From: Octopus vulgaris
Taxonomy: Eukaryota
Direction: 5' to 3'
Length of the DNA: 64,000 nucleotides
Assembly: GCA_951406725.2 (NCBI GenBank)
Contig: OX597820.1
Span: 30,442,001 to 30,506,000 of the forward strand
Shown one piece after another: positions 63,740 through 64,000 of this stretch. The position numbers and the translations under genes are program-made. The stretch's first letter is position 1, and the number at the start of each line of letters is the position of its first letter. The notes under the pieces are model-generated. The model worked only from the letters and a program-made list of their open reading frames with translations, did no database searches and had not been told where the DNA came from.

Positions 63740-64000
63740 ATAAGTGAGAATGAGCATAGTGGTACAAGGAAGAGAAAGCTGAAGGTGGAGCAGAGATAAA
63801 AAGCATTTACCTCTCTATCACAGACCAAATCAACAATTTCAAAAAGAAAACCCATATTGTATAACATTGTGTGATACACTATGGGTTTATATGTATACAT
63901 ATATCAATGATTATGTTCTTCAGAAAACAGTGGAACCTCTTCTATCCCAGGCCTCACAACCAGTTAATTTTTTAAAATATTAGAAGCAGAAATATCAATC

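Noticed and set aside
60112-64000. Further upstream LARP1 exons (La motif/RRM region)
   Set aside because: No recognisable LARP1 peptide with a phase-2 donor was found; presumed beyond the window.

Overview
AT-rich, repeat-dense animal genomic DNA. The SINE families, decayed C2H2 zinc-finger array and microsatellite load point to an octopus or other coleoid cephalopod (inference from pattern recognition). Two spliced genes lie on the minus strand: a complete 3-exon THEM6-like thioesterase (27068->18107, 207 aa) and the last 9 coding exons of LARP1 with its DM15 cap/TOP-binding region (60111->49644, 426 aa visible, 5' part outside the window). Both were assembled by hand with GT-AG sites and consistent phases. 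The rest is mobile DNA: three decayed mariners, a TRIM-like miniature LTR element, a solo LTR inside a ZNF pseudogene, a non-autonomous Helitron, piggyBac- and hAT-type MITEs, foldbacks, several tRNA-SINE families and LINE 3' ends. The most notable observation is a ~790-bp insertion in THEM6 intron 1 (21741-22531) bounded by a 13-bp TSD. It is built from a circularly permuted ~357-nt unit in tandem plus inverted arrangement. Each full unit carries a minimal type-I hammerhead ribozyme with the non-canonical compensatory U3-A8 core pair, making it a retrozyme or Penelope-pLTR-like element. Most ORFs in the supplied track are spurious. All coordinates were counted by eye and repeat boundaries are approximate.
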